Source: Fibrobacteria bacterium (GTDB lineage: Bacteria; Fibrobacterota; Fibrobacteria; UBA11236). From it: a stretch of 64,000 nucleotides of DNA. Both the position numbers and the translations under genes were made by a program. The notes below the pieces were generated by a model. That model was given only the letters and a program-made list of their open reading frames with translations, made no database searches and was not told the DNA's origin. Below are positions 27,259-37,395 of the stretch, piece by piece. Within the stretch, counting starts at the first letter, position 1. The number at the start of each line of letters is the position of its first letter. The stretch is from positions 1-64,000 of the forward strand of contig JAYTSD010000020.1 of the NCBI GenBank assembly GCA_043745805.1, read 5' to 3'.

Positions 27259-28620
27259 CTAAAAGAAAAAGGCGACTTTTCCAGTGATATACCAATCCTT
27301 TAGGGCTGATAAAGTTTCATTATAGGTCGGATCAAGTGGTCGACCTGTTCCGAAGCGGCTATGATCATTTGCTAATTGTCCGCTCAATTTAACATGCTCG
27401 GCTATTACTTTAGATAAATACAAAGACCATTTTACATCATCGGTTTTTGTATCATAAACGAGGGGATTACCACTTCCATCTACTCCAAGACGTTTATCGA
27501 CTGGAATGGGAGAAGTGTTTTTCATAACCTTTTCTATGTTAGGCATATAAGGGTTTTTGAAATATTCCACTTCGAGTTTTAATTCATCAAGGATTTTGAA
27601 GGTTGGAAAGGCAATGCCCAGCATAACAGGCATACGTTCCATGCGTTTTTTATAAATGATTTGATAATTTTTATATCCAATTAGAGCTGCCTCTCCATAA
27701 AATTTTAGCTCTTCGGGTCCAAAAATATTTTGCGTACCTGTAACCGTTTTTAAGTCCAACATAAAACGACCCATAAGTTTAATGCCTTTATTGCTATACC
27801 ATTCATAGCCCACGGTATCTCCATTACTATTTACGAGAGGAAGTGCAAATTTCGGATCCCCGCCACCCGCTTTGGGGTCATAAAGCTTAGTAGAGGGAGA
27901 GGTAACATCGGAGTTAATTGGCAGACAATGGTAACAATTAACACCACCACCTAATTCCAAAAAATCACCTAAAGTGTATTTTCCAATATAGAGCGCTGAA
28001 AAATCATAACGAGGCATCATCGTGGTTTCACTCACCAATAAAAGATCTTGCGTATAATTCCCAAAAGTACTTTGCAAATGAAAGCCTTCCATATTTGCGC
28101 TGCCGACCATTTCATTGGTTTCGAATCCAGAAACAAGCAATTGAGGATATACTGCACCACGAATTAAATAAAGGCCAAGATTACGAATATTATCGTCGTA
28201 TTTATAATCAAACAAACCCGTCGTAAATTTCAGTCGAGTTTTGTTTCCGGTTCCATTGGCATTATAGGTAAACTTCGCGAGGTTAATAAAAGTGTAATTT
28301 CCAAAACTAACATCCTTCACTTTTGAGGCTTCAAAGGATCCAATTGGATTATGTTGTTTAATCGCTCCAATGCCTAAGGTACCATGAAGATTAGGATTAA
28401 AATCAAAATCCATATTAAATAAGGCGCCGGTATTTATCAATACATTGCCGGAATAATTATTCCGATTGATTAGTGTATCGGTAGCTTTTCCAATAAGCCC
28501 ATTCTGCCACCAACCTGCTCCGTGAAAACTAATTTTAAAATCATTTTCAAATTGAGCTAAGGCTGAGAGGCGAGCAATTGAAATAATGAAAAGGACACGA
28601 TAAAGTAAAAGTTTTTTCAT
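27259..28620 (-). CDS. Putative outer-membrane beta-barrel, paralog 2
   Basis: Signal peptide, AAGGA RBS, C-terminal GKVAFFF, same conserved motifs. Confidence 0.75.
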   Translation of the reverse strand: MKKLLLYRVLFIISIARLSALAQFENDFKISFHGAGWWQNGLIGKATDTLINRNNYSGNVLINTGALFNMDFDFNPNLHGTLGIGAIKQHNPIGSFEASKVKDVSFGNYTFINLAKFTYNANGTGNKTRLKFTTGLFDYKYDDNIRNLGLYLIRGAVYPQLLVSGFETNEMVGSANMEGFHLQSTFGNYTQDLLLVSETTMMPRYDFSALYIGKYTLGDFLELGGGVNCYHCLPINSDVTSPSTKLYDPKAGGGDPKFALPLVNSNGDTVGYEWYSNKGIKLMGRFMLDLKTVTGTQNIFGPEELKFYGEAALIGYKNYQIIYKKRMERMPVMLGIAFPTFKILDELKLEVEYFKNPYMPNIEKVMKNTSPIPVDKRLGVDGSGNPLVYDTKTDDVKWSLYLSKVIAEHVKLSGQLANDHSRFGTGRPLDPTYNETLSALKDWYITGKVAFFF

Positions 28621-28685
28621 GGTTGTTCCTTGTGGAAATTCTTGTTCTTAAGAAATAGTATTGGGTTCATTTGCAATGCCATTCT

Positions 28686-30242
28686 TTAAAAGGTAAAGCC
28701 AATTTTAAACATAGTGTAATAGTCGGTTAGTTTAGTAAATGCGGATTCATAACGTTTTGAATCAAATGCATTCGGCGAATCACTGGCCCAAGGACGATAA
28801 TGATCATTAGCAATTTGAAAGCTTAGTTTAATGTATTGCTGTAAAGTTTTTGACATATAGAAAGACCATTTCCAATTATCATTCACCATGTTTTCAACAT
28901 TATAGTCAGCAAATTTAAGGCTTGGAATAGGCACTTCTTCTACAATTAGCCCTCCCGTTGAATCCGCGCTTCTATTATATTCTTGGTTAGAATTACTTAC
29001 TGGAATGGGGGAGCCACGCTTCTCAAGTTTATATCCATCATTTCGAAATTTTGCGCCATACCATTCTACTTCAAAATTGCATTCATCCAAAATTTTGAAT
29101 GTAGGGATACCAAATCCCACCATTATTGGAATACGCTCACTTCTTTTTTCATAAACGCCAGGATAATTTTTCCAGCCAATAACAGCAATTTCAGAATAGA
29201 GTTTTAAATCATTTTCTCCCATTTTATCAAAGCCAAATAATTCTTTAAAGCTGATAGAACTACGCGCCATTAGTTTGATTCCACGATGTGATAGACGGGT
29301 AGTGTCATTGCTTGCCCAAAGATATAGCGAATCGGTAGTTGATGTTGGCATGGCAGTGATAACGCCGGTGAGGCTGTCGCGAGCCTGATTATTTTTTGTC
29401 GTATAGCTGCCATTGGCATTGTGTTTAACAGTATCGATAGGCACATAAACAAAGTTACGATTGTAAGGGCTTTTTACTTGATCAGTGGTTTGAGTTTCTT
29501 TGAAACTTGGGTCAGTTAAATCGGTTAATTCGGGTTTCATGGCGATTAGTCGGAAAAAATTAACACCTATTCCGATAGAAAAAATATTTTTGTATTTATA
29601 CTGCGCTACACTGATTAAGGAAAAATCAAAAACAGGTAAAATATCCGTTTCACTTTTAAAAATAAGATCAAAGCTAAAGCCACCTATATTTGATCTTAAA
29701 TTGAAACCCAATGTATTGGCTATACTGGGATCAAAATCCTTGGCCTCAAATTCAGAATACAATAGTCCAGGATATACCGGTCCTCGTGTAAGGTAACCTC
29801 CAAAGCTTTTGCTATCGGGATTATAAATATAGGGGAAAAGTCCTAGGGAACCTAAAAATAAAGGGGAGGCTTTTTCCCCATAATGATAGGCGAGTTTGGC
29901 TTGAGTTACATAATACCGAAAGCCAACTTCATTGAATACAGGTCGACTTTGTGCATTACTGGGGCGTCCCTGCGGGGATTGAATTTCATAGCCACCGAAA
30001 CCCATGGCACCATCCCAGCTTTCACCGATATCGGAGAGAATAGTAAATTGTGCGCCGGGACTATTAATATAGTTATTATCATAGTAGTACTTACTATTGC
30101 CCACCGTGTCGCTGCTACTGCCAATATAGCCTGCTTGATACCATCCCTTGCCGCTTAGCTTTAACTTAAGGTTGTCTTCGCCATTACTTATTGCAAAAGT
30201 GACTAAAAGAGTTAATAAGGAGATGTAAAAATTCTTGATCAT
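28686..30242 (-). CDS. Putative outer-membrane beta-barrel, paralog 1
   Basis: Start at 30242 (MIKNFY..., AAGGA RBS); signal peptide; C-terminal FKIGFTF; same motifs with a longer loop insert. Confidence 0.75.
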   Translation of the reverse strand: MIKNFYISLLTLLVTFAISNGEDNLKLKLSGKGWYQAGYIGSSSDTVGNSKYYYDNNYINSPGAQFTILSDIGESWDGAMGFGGYEIQSPQGRPSNAQSRPVFNEVGFRYYVTQAKLAYHYGEKASPLFLGSLGLFPYIYNPDSKSFGGYLTRGPVYPGLLYSEFEAKDFDPSIANTLGFNLRSNIGGFSFDLIFKSETDILPVFDFSLISVAQYKYKNIFSIGIGVNFFRLIAMKPELTDLTDPSFKETQTTDQVKSPYNRNFVYVPIDTVKHNANGSYTTKNNQARDSLTGVITAMPTSTTDSLYLWASNDTTRLSHRGIKLMARSSISFKELFGFDKMGENDLKLYSEIAVIGWKNYPGVYEKRSERIPIMVGFGIPTFKILDECNFEVEWYGAKFRNDGYKLEKRGSPIPVSNSNQEYNRSADSTGGLIVEEVPIPSLKFADYNVENMVNDNWKWSFYMSKTLQQYIKLSFQIANDHYRPWASDSPNAFDSKRYESAFTKLTDYYTMFKIGFTF

Positions 30243-30368
30243 GGATCGTCCTTTTAAACACAAATTTTTCATTGGATATTTACTTAAATAAAGCATGCCT
30301 ATCTTTCAAAATCTATAGATTGAAAAAAATAATTAACTAAGATTTTTTATAACCCGTATTTTTTGAAT

Positions 30369-30399
30369 AAAAAAAGCAGGTTGCATGGGGCAACCCGCT
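30369..30399 (-). terminator. Intrinsic terminator after the DUF1080 gene
   Basis: Minus strand AGCGGGTTGC-CCCAT-GCAACCTGCT followed by a U run. Confidence 0.8.
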
Positions 30400-30433
30400 A
30401 ATTAAAATGAAGACTTTGTCGATAGATTATTGC

Positions 30434-31681
30434 TTAGAAACGAGTCGCTTTACCTGAATAGACACCATTCGACGTGATTATGTTCACAATATATATTCCC
30501 TGTGGGAGATTTGAAAATTCATGGGAAAATGCGCCAGAACCATTATGAGTTTTTAAAACTTTTCCGAAGGTATCATATAGGTTTATGGTATACACACCAT
30601 TAACATTGGCGGAGACAAGCAAATTTTTTCCGCTCTGCCATTTTAAATTGAGATTCAGATCTGCTGAATGCGCAAAAATCTGAGTTGAGTTTTTCAAAGC
30701 TTGAATTGTTCCGGTACAAGCACCACTTGCTAAATCAGTACAATGAACTAAGCCATTGACGGGAGCAATATAATCGACAGCAAATGCGGCAACTGTGGGT
30801 TGTGCTGGACACACTGGAATTGGAGTTGTAGCTAAGGAATCGAGTTCTCTTACTTTCCAAAAAGTGTATTTACTTGGACCACCCTTCCAGCTACCCTCAC
30901 CTGCATGAATTTGTAATCCAATGTGATTGGCAGCTCTGGCTGTGGCATCAAATTTGGAAATCGTATGAAGCGAATCACCTAACCAACCCCAAGCTTTTAT
31001 GTTACCCCCCGTAACTGGTCCAATGATTCTTGCAAACATGATATTAAAACCATCGGCATCCCAAATTTTAGGCCAATCAGTTACCGGCCAATTCATAAAA
31101 GCTCCGCCGCCATTTGTCCCCGTTAGTGGACCTTGTCTAACCGATGTTTCAGTACTCAAATTAAAAACATCTTGAGGTTGGCGACCGGCATCAATACCTT
31201 CAGGCCATAAACCCCCAATAGTGCCACCACCACGATAGTCAATCATCATTTGATAGGCTTGGCCTCCAGGAGTACAACGATGGAAAAGGCCACCATCATT
31301 TTCCCATCCCGGAAAAACTCCAATTTTGGTATCATAATTGGAATACCTTCTTTTGGTCATAAGTACACCACCGTTACCATTCGGATTTTGCATGGACCAG
31401 AGAATATTTTGACCGGCTTTAATTTTGCCTGCAGTAACGAGATCTGGATCGGGGGCAACCCACCAATGACCCCCTGAATTTCCATGCCCAGTTTGAGTAG
31501 ATTTCCAGATAAAATTTTCCGACCAAGTGCTATCGCCATTAAAAAGGGTTAACCAACCTTCACGATCGTATTTATCGCAGTCTTTACCTAAGGTATTGGT
31601 TGGTGTGATGACAAAAGCAGCATGGCTGACGGCGGCTGTAATAGCAATGGTGGCTATGGCGCGTAAAGTTTTTTTAAGCAT
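30434..31681 (-). CDS. Secreted DUF1080 (3-keto-disaccharide hydrolase-like) protein with T9SS-like C-terminal domain
   Basis: Signal peptide (VSHA); GWLTLFNG, GVLMTKRRY, DGGLFHR, YQMMID, HIGLQIH; C-terminal LYDTFGK...LPQGIYIV. Confidence 0.75.
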   Translation of the reverse strand: MLKKTLRAIATIAITAAVSHAAFVITPTNTLGKDCDKYDREGWLTLFNGDSTWSENFIWKSTQTGHGNSGGHWWVAPDPDLVTAGKIKAGQNILWSMQNPNGNGGVLMTKRRYSNYDTKIGVFPGWENDGGLFHRCTPGGQAYQMMIDYRGGGTIGGLWPEGIDAGRQPQDVFNLSTETSVRQGPLTGTNGGGAFMNWPVTDWPKIWDADGFNIMFARIIGPVTGGNIKAWGWLGDSLHTISKFDATARAANHIGLQIHAGEGSWKGGPSKYTFWKVRELDSLATTPIPVCPAQPTVAAFAVDYIAPVNGLVHCTDLASGACTGTIQALKNSTQIFAHSADLNLNLKWQSGKNLLVSANVNGVYTINLYDTFGKVLKTHNGSGAFSHEFSNLPQGIYIVNIITSNGVYSGKATRF

Positions 31682-31839
31682 TTGAATCCCCTATTTAAAA
31701 CCAGAAGCACAAGTTTCTCCCCTACTTCATGGCTATATTTATTTACTATCGAGGTATAAAAGCACCTCGAAAGAAATAAAGTAAAGCGATATGGTAAAAT
31801 TCGCTCAATGTTTTTAAAAATTTTTCATATAAAGCGTTT

Positions 31840-32595
31840 TCAGTTGAAATTGCCTAAAAACGGCAATTTCTCGGCTATTTTTTCTCGTACATAGGTCGCA
31901 ATTTCATCCACAGTCTTATCCATATAGAAGCTAATAGGAACTTCATCTAATACTTCCACACTGATAGGATGTTTGCCTTGAAAGGCTAAGGATTTTTTGG
32001 GTAAAGCATTTTGTGTGCCTTGAATCACAATGGGTAAAATGGGCAATTGCATTTGTTTGGCCAGCATAAATGCCCCAGCTTTAAATGCGCCTAGCTTACC
32101 GGTTTTGGAACGAGTGCCTTCAGGAAAAATAAAAACGGAATCACCACCCATTAAAGTTTTTTCGCAAGCTTTAAGCATTTGTTGAATGCTTGATTTGTCG
32201 CGTCGCTTTACGGATATATAACGATTGAGACGCATATTCCAACCGATAAAAGGAACCAAAAAAATTTCGTATTTGGATACCCATTTAAAATGCACAAACA
32301 ATCGATAAAAAATCAAAATATCGAGCAAGGATTGATGATTGGAAACGATAACATAAGTTTGTCTGGAATTATGCTTTTCTCGCCCTTTAATAGTCACAGG
32401 CCACGCGGGCATGCTCCAAGTATAAAGACTAGCCCAAAAACAAGTTAGCAAGTGGAGCGCGCGTAAATGCCGGTCAAAAGGCGCGGTAATAGCCCAAACC
32501 AATAAAGCCACAAAAAATAAGAGTATAGAGGTTACTGCCATGTAACATAAAAAAAGAAAACCCGCTACTTTCATCATAGATTTAAAATGTACCAA
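31840..32595 (-). CDS. plsC: 1-acyl-sn-glycerol-3-phosphate acyltransferase family protein
   Basis: NHQSLLD, FPEGTRS, FKAGAF. Confidence 0.88.
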   Translation of the reverse strand: MVHFKSMMKVAGFLFLCYMAVTSILLFFVALLVWAITAPFDRHLRALHLLTCFWASLYTWSMPAWPVTIKGREKHNSRQTYVIVSNHQSLLDILIFYRLFVHFKWVSKYEIFLVPFIGWNMRLNRYISVKRRDKSSIQQMLKACEKTLMGGDSVFIFPEGTRSKTGKLGAFKAGAFMLAKQMQLPILPIVIQGTQNALPKKSLAFQGKHPISVEVLDEVPISFYMDKTVDEIATYVREKIAEKLPFLGNFN

Positions 32596-32628
32596 ATGAA
32601 AAGGCGAGTGAGAAGGCTGAAATTGTGC

Positions 32629-33669
32629 TTACCAAATCACCTTGGTTTTAAGCACTTTGTCCGGCCCTCGCACTTTGACCCAATAAAGTCCTGAAGGGAT
32701 ATTTATGTCATTAAGCCAGAGACCTGTTTGATTATTTAAAACCTGCAAGCTTTGAAAAACTATTTGGCCACGAATATCAAAAAAAGAAATGTTAACGGGA
32801 ATGTTACTCTTGAAATTGGTTTGTAAAAATAATCGATGATTACTTTTCGCCATGGCTTGAATTGCGGGAAGGTTTTTAGTTTGAGGCAATACCCTTCCTG
32901 GTGAACCGCCATTGCAATTTTGACTACTACTCCATGTGGGATTAAAAGTATTGGCCCATGTAATTTGAGCGGCAGACATAGTACAAAGCTGATTGCTTTG
33001 TAGCGATAATGATTTTAATACGGATATTTGCGTGATATCGGTTGGTAAGGATTGTATTCGATTAAAACCAAGATCAAGATTTTCTAAATAAAAAAGATAA
33101 GAGAAGGTTTCTGGAAGTTGGGTTAAGGCATTGGCTGACAAATCTACTTCTAAGAGAAAAACCAAACTTCCAAATTCCACTGGTAAGGCACTAATACTAT
33201 TGCGATTTAAAGTTAAATAGGTAAGATTATCCATATTGCCAATTTCGGGAGGCAAGGTAGTTAAATTATTTTCAGCGGCATTTAAAATCAACAACTGTTT
33301 CAAATTTCCAATTTGCGGAGGTAATTGAGTCAAGGAGTTAGAGTTTAAATTTAATTCAATCAATCCGGTCAAATTCCCTATCTCTTTGGGAAGGGTATCC
33401 AATAAGTTACTATCCAAATCCAAAGATTTTAAACCTTCTAAATTGCCTATTTCTGGAACAAGATCGAGTAATTTCAAGCCTGTTAAATGCAAAGATTCAA
33501 TACGATCATTGCCCTTGGTTGAGATACTGGTAACGGAGGTATTTAACAAATTATTCTTATCTAATAATATGCGTACGGCTAAGGAATCGTGAGAATAAGT
33601 TTGGGCACATAAGTTAACGTTTATGAGGGAAATACAAAAAATGGTTCCAAGACTAAAACGAAAAAACAT
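32629..33669 (-). CDS. Secreted leucine-rich repeat protein with T9SS-like C-terminal domain
   Basis: Start at 33669 (AAGGAG RBS); repeated LxLxxNxLxxLPxEIGxL units; C-terminal FDIRGQ...PSGLYWVKV. Confidence 0.88.
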   Translation of the reverse strand: MFFRFSLGTIFCISLINVNLCAQTYSHDSLAVRILLDKNNLLNTSVTSISTKGNDRIESLHLTGLKLLDLVPEIGNLEGLKSLDLDSNLLDTLPKEIGNLTGLIELNLNSNSLTQLPPQIGNLKQLLILNAAENNLTTLPPEIGNMDNLTYLTLNRNSISALPVEFGSLVFLLEVDLSANALTQLPETFSYLFYLENLDLGFNRIQSLPTDITQISVLKSLSLQSNQLCTMSAAQITWANTFNPTWSSSQNCNGGSPGRVLPQTKNLPAIQAMAKSNHRLFLQTNFKSNIPVNISFFDIRGQIVFQSLQVLNNQTGLWLNDINIPSGLYWVKVRGPDKVLKTKVIW

Positions 33670-33780
33670 AAAACTCCTTGAATGAATAATTATAGAGTAG
33701 GCCGGTAGTTTATGTTCGCAAAAACAAATTTTAAGTTCACCACTCTTAACCAAATTAAAATCAAAAAGAAAATATTTGCG

Positions 33781-33843
33781 TGTACTATTCAGTACTCGTA
33801 GGTGAACTAGGCAGTACTAGAATTAATGTACGGTAGAGTATAC
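33781..33843. promoter_or_regulatory. Three tandem palindromic sites, probable enhancer (UAS) for a sigma54 activator
   Basis: GTACT-ATTC-AGTAC (33782), GAACT-AGGC-AGTAC (33804), GTACG-GTAG-AGTAT (33828); spaced 22 and 24 bp, about 95-155 bp upstream of the -24 element. Confidence 0.65.
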
Positions 33844-33933
33844 TTCTTTGTTCCAGTTCAGCCAATTACAGTAAGAGCAAAAAAACGAAGCAAAAATCCA
33901 ACTCAATTTCATCATAAATATGTATTTATACTC

Positions 33934-33950
33934 TTGGCATTAGCCTTGCT
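33934..33950 (+). promoter_or_regulatory. Sigma54 (-24/-12) promoter
   Basis: TTGGCATTAGCCTTGCT = TGGCA-N6-TTGC with exact GG-N10-GC spacing, 47 nt before the ATG at 33998. Confidence 0.8.
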
Positions 33951-33997
33951 TAAAAGAATATTACCTCGAAGGCGGGGCCACAAAAATAGGAGATAAT

Positions 33998-34645
33998 ATG
34001 AATAAATTAATTTTAAATACCATGATAGCTGGCGGTTTGGCCTTGGGTATTTCACATGCAGGCGGTATGGATTCAACCCACGTTGTTGACATAGCAAAAT
34101 TGGAAGAAATGAAAGCGGCGTTTGAAAAAAAACGTGAAGAGCTTAAACCAAAACATGACTCTATTGCTGAAACACATAAAGTTGATGTTGAAAAGTTTGT
34201 TGAAAAAGCCAAAGCAGAACGTGAGAAATGGCATGCACAACGTGATGCAGCACATGACCAATTCAAAGTTTTGTTAGAAGAATATAAAGGTAAATTTGCC
34301 GGCGCTGTAAGTGAAGCTGAAAAACAAAAATTACGCGAAGAATTAGAAAGCAAAATCAAAGCTTTGCGTACGAATTTAAAAGACGACCATAAGAAAGCCC
34401 AAGAAGACGACAAGAAAGTTCGTGAAGCCGATATTGCTGCGCATAAAGCAGAATGCGATAAGCTGCAAGGTGAACATAAGGCGGACTTGGATGCTTTGAA
34501 AGCCGATTGGGAAAAGAAAAAAGCAGAATGGCAAACCACGGTAAAAGCGGATCAAAAACTTACGGAAGCACAAATTGCTGAACTCAAAGCAAAATGGGAA
34601 GAATGGAGAAAGAGTCATCCAGTTCCAGCTCCCGTAACACCATAA
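33998..34645 (+). CDS. Exported highly charged alpha-helical/coiled-coil protein
   Basis: AGGAG RBS, signal peptide (ISHA), K/E/A/D/H-rich helical body, Pro-rich tail. Confidence 0.85.
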   Translation: MNKLILNTMIAGGLALGISHAGGMDSTHVVDIAKLEEMKAAFEKKREELKPKHDSIAETHKVDVEKFVEKAKAEREKWHAQRDAAHDQFKVLLEEYKGKFAGAVSEAEKQKLREELESKIKALRTNLKDDHKKAQEDDKKVREADIAAHKAECDKLQGEHKADLDALKADWEKKKAEWQTTVKADQKLTEAQIAELKAKWEEWRKSHPVPAPVTP

Positions 34646-34702
34646 AAATTTAAGGTCGAATTTTATATCGGCCTTAATTTTTCCTGGTTATATAATTAAC
34701 CC

Positions 34703-34733
34703 AAGCCTCGGTTTTAAGCCGAGGCTTTTTTTT
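34703..34733 (+). terminator. Intrinsic terminator
   Basis: AAGCCTCGG-TTTTAAG-CCGAGGCTT plus U-tract; an additional hairpin lies at about 34647-34682. Confidence 0.85.
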
Positions 34734-34744
34734 AATTTGTTACT

Positions 34745-36040
34745 ATGATAAAATTTTTTAATGCTTTTCTATTGCTATTCATTATTTGTGCCGCAACGCT
34801 TTATGCACAATCTGAAAAAAAAATAAAAGAAATAACTAATTGCCAAGTCTCACTAGATTCCATTATTCAAGGATTTAATAATGGGGATCCCAAAATTATC
34901 AAAATTGATTTATCAAAGCTGAAATGTAATGAGGAACAAATTTATCAAAGCAATTATTATCAAGGATTAGGACTTTATTTTTTGGATGAATGGGAACTTG
35001 CTTTACTGCGTTTTACTTGGGCTTTAGAAACGCAAGGTGTTCATGATGAAGAATTATTTTTTTTGACTTGGAAAATTTTTGTAAAAGTTGGGGATGTCGA
35101 AGCGCAAAAACAAACTATTGAAGAGTTGCATGAAAAATTTCCTGCTTCGAATCACTTAATTGAAATGTTAAACTATGTGCCTACGGTAAAACATAAAGCA
35201 AAAAACTGGGTCATTAGCACAACACAAGGCGTGTCAGCTGTAAGAACTCCCGGCTATGCTCAAAATTGGTCTAGTCACAGTTTGGATGCAAGTCTTAAAC
35301 AAAAAGTGGGAAGCCAAAATTTTTCTGAAGGTTTAGGCGCTAGTGCAAAAATGGATATTGATTCAGTCGCGCTAGATAGTTGGCATAGCTATGGAATCTT
35401 TATTTATGGACTATTAGGATTTTCCGCTGAGGTGGATTTGGGAATAGGGTATAGTAAATCCTTGATTACCTTGAATCCCAATAGTACGAGCCCTTTAAAC
35501 TTAAGTAATCATTGGAGCCTAGATGCAAAGTTGGAAATAGGCAAATCATTTTCTTTAGGCTCAGGATCACAATTAGAAGCGAAAATAAATTATTTGCATC
35601 CTCGCCAAGATTGGCAGGAAATAGGTTTTAAAAATAGTGTGTATAAAATAGTGGGGAATTGGTTTTATATTGCGGAAATAAATGGTTATAAAGATTGGTT
35701 AAACACTTCTGACGACACACTTTTCAGAACGACAAAAGGATATTATGGGGGGAAAATAATGTTAAATGTTTACTATGAAATTAGTAATAAGAATTCATTT
35801 GGTTCGGGACTTGATTATACTTGGGAAATGGAAAATTTATCTAGCTCTACTGCTAATTCTGATCTTTTTGGGCAAAATCCCAATAGTCGTAATCAAATGA
35901 ATATAAATTTATCATATTCCTATGAGCCATTAAATTGGCTTAGTTTTTCATTATCAGGAGCCGTGGGTTATCAAAATAATAGCGAACAAACTGATGGTTG
36001 GATACGCAGAGCGAATGCTTTTGTAAGACTTTCATATTAG
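34745..36040 (+). CDS. Putative outer-membrane protein (TPR-like N-terminus plus beta-barrel)
   Basis: Signal peptide; helical YYQGLGLYFLDEW region; alternating aromatic beta-strands; C-terminal FVRLSY. Confidence 0.65.
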   Translation: MIKFFNAFLLLFIICAATLYAQSEKKIKEITNCQVSLDSIIQGFNNGDPKIIKIDLSKLKCNEEQIYQSNYYQGLGLYFLDEWELALLRFTWALETQGVHDEELFFLTWKIFVKVGDVEAQKQTIEELHEKFPASNHLIEMLNYVPTVKHKAKNWVISTTQGVSAVRTPGYAQNWSSHSLDASLKQKVGSQNFSEGLGASAKMDIDSVALDSWHSYGIFIYGLLGFSAEVDLGIGYSKSLITLNPNSTSPLNLSNHWSLDAKLEIGKSFSLGSGSQLEAKINYLHPRQDWQEIGFKNSVYKIVGNWFYIAEINGYKDWLNTSDDTLFRTTKGYYGGKIMLNVYYEISNKNSFGSGLDYTWEMENLSSSTANSDLFGQNPNSRNQMNINLSYSYEPLNWLSFSLSGAVGYQNNSEQTDGWIRRANAFVRLSY

Positions 36041-36073
36041 TGTAAAACATTAATAGAATTGAAATATTAAATC

Positions 36074-37393
36074 ATGAGAAAACAGTTATGGGGTGTTTTA
36101 GCTTTTGCGATAAGTGCTCTGATTATATTCTTTGGATTCTCTATCTTTATTTTTTCGCGAAATTTAACGGAAGCACGCCATCAATCGGAAAGTAAATTAT
36201 TTGAATTGGCTGGATACGTAGCAGGACATATTCAAGAAGATGTTTTTGCCGAACAATTTACTTTACCCCTCACTTTTTTTCCTCTATCCTATGCTCAGCA
36301 ACAAGGTCTATGGCTGCAAAAATTATCCAGAGCCGCTGGACTCGAAAGAGTTTTCATTACGGATTCTTCAGGTAACCTTTATGTTTCTAGTCAAGGTAAT
36401 TTAAATATAGGCACCCAAATCATACCCTTTTTAGCGGATAGCATGCAGTTCTTTTTTGCCGGAGCACAAAATCAACCGGCATTGACCTCTTGGATCAAAT
36501 CGAAAAGCGTTTATTATCAATCAATCTATTTCCCTTTCTTAATTAATGGGAAAATTTTTTTGGTAGTAATGGAATCGGATCAGAATTTTATTGCTAATAC
36601 GGAACAGTTTCGTAAATATATTTTTGTGGGGTCTTTATTTTTATTGGGATTACTTTTTGCCTTAACTATGGGTTTGATTTTATTAGATAAAAAAGTTAAT
36701 GCCGCATTAATTCGTTCCCAACATCAGGAACGCTTGGTATTTTTGGGGCAAACCGCAGCCGAATTAGCTCATGAATTAAAAAATCCATTGGGTATTATGA
36801 AGGCGTCCATTGATATTTTACGTAAGCAAATAGATCCAGAACATAAAAACAAAGTCTTTATGTTTCTTTCCGATGAAACAATGCGCTTATCACGTCTCAT
36901 CAATAATATTTTGAGTTTCTCCAAAGAAAAAACTATGGATAAATATCCTTTTTCGGTCTTACTGGTTTTGCAAGAATGCCAAGCGGGGCTGGAAGTATTG
37001 CATCCAGAAGTACATTGGGATTTCAAAATACCCAGTAACTTGCAATTAATTGGTGATAAAGATGCTTTTAGGCAAATAGCTGAAAATCTTTTACGTAATG
37101 CTATACAGGCCCTTGCGGGCAAAGGAAGGCTTTGTGTAGCTTTTGAAAATAAAATTTCAGGAAAAAACCAATTACTGTTTTTAGATAATGGACCGGGTGT
37201 ATCCATGGCTGTGAAAGCAAAGCTTTTCGAGCCTTTTGTTTCTGAATCAGAATCAGGAACGGGTTTGGGTTTAGCCATTGTGAAAAAATTATGTGAAAAG
37301 TTGGATTGGAATATTTCTGTGCAAACGGCCACTCTACCTTATCAAACCGCTTTTGTCTTGGAGTTTCCCTCCGAGGCCATGCAAAAGGAATAA
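36074..37393 (+). CDS. Sensor histidine kinase
   Basis: Two TMs flanking a periplasmic domain; LAHELKNPL, NLLRNAIQA, DNGPG, FEPF, GTGLGLAI. Confidence 0.95.
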   Translation: MRKQLWGVLAFAISALIIFFGFSIFIFSRNLTEARHQSESKLFELAGYVAGHIQEDVFAEQFTLPLTFFPLSYAQQQGLWLQKLSRAAGLERVFITDSSGNLYVSSQGNLNIGTQIIPFLADSMQFFFAGAQNQPALTSWIKSKSVYYQSIYFPFLINGKIFLVVMESDQNFIANTEQFRKYIFVGSLFLLGLLFALTMGLILLDKKVNAALIRSQHQERLVFLGQTAAELAHELKNPLGIMKASIDILRKQIDPEHKNKVFMFLSDETMRLSRLINNILSFSKEKTMDKYPFSVLLVLQECQAGLEVLHPEVHWDFKIPSNLQLIGDKDAFRQIAENLLRNAIQALAGKGRLCVAFENKISGKNQLLFLDNGPGVSMAVKAKLFEPFVSESESGTGLGLAIVKKLCEKLDWNISVQTATLPYQTAFVLEFPSEAMQKE

Positions 37394-37395
37394 AG

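Noticed and set aside
28666-28681. Sigma54-like TGGCATTGCAAATGAA on the minus strand before barrel paralog 2
   Set aside because: The -12 element is GA rather than GC and no enhancer sites were seen
33781-33843. Short repeats as a mini-CRISPR
   Set aside because: Units are 14-bp degenerate palindromes with 8-10 bp gaps and no cas genes; they fit operator sites
33961-34539. 192-aa antisense ORF rich in Ser/Cys/Phe
   Set aside because: Shadow of the K/E/A-rich coiled-coil gene, which has the RBS, promoter and terminator
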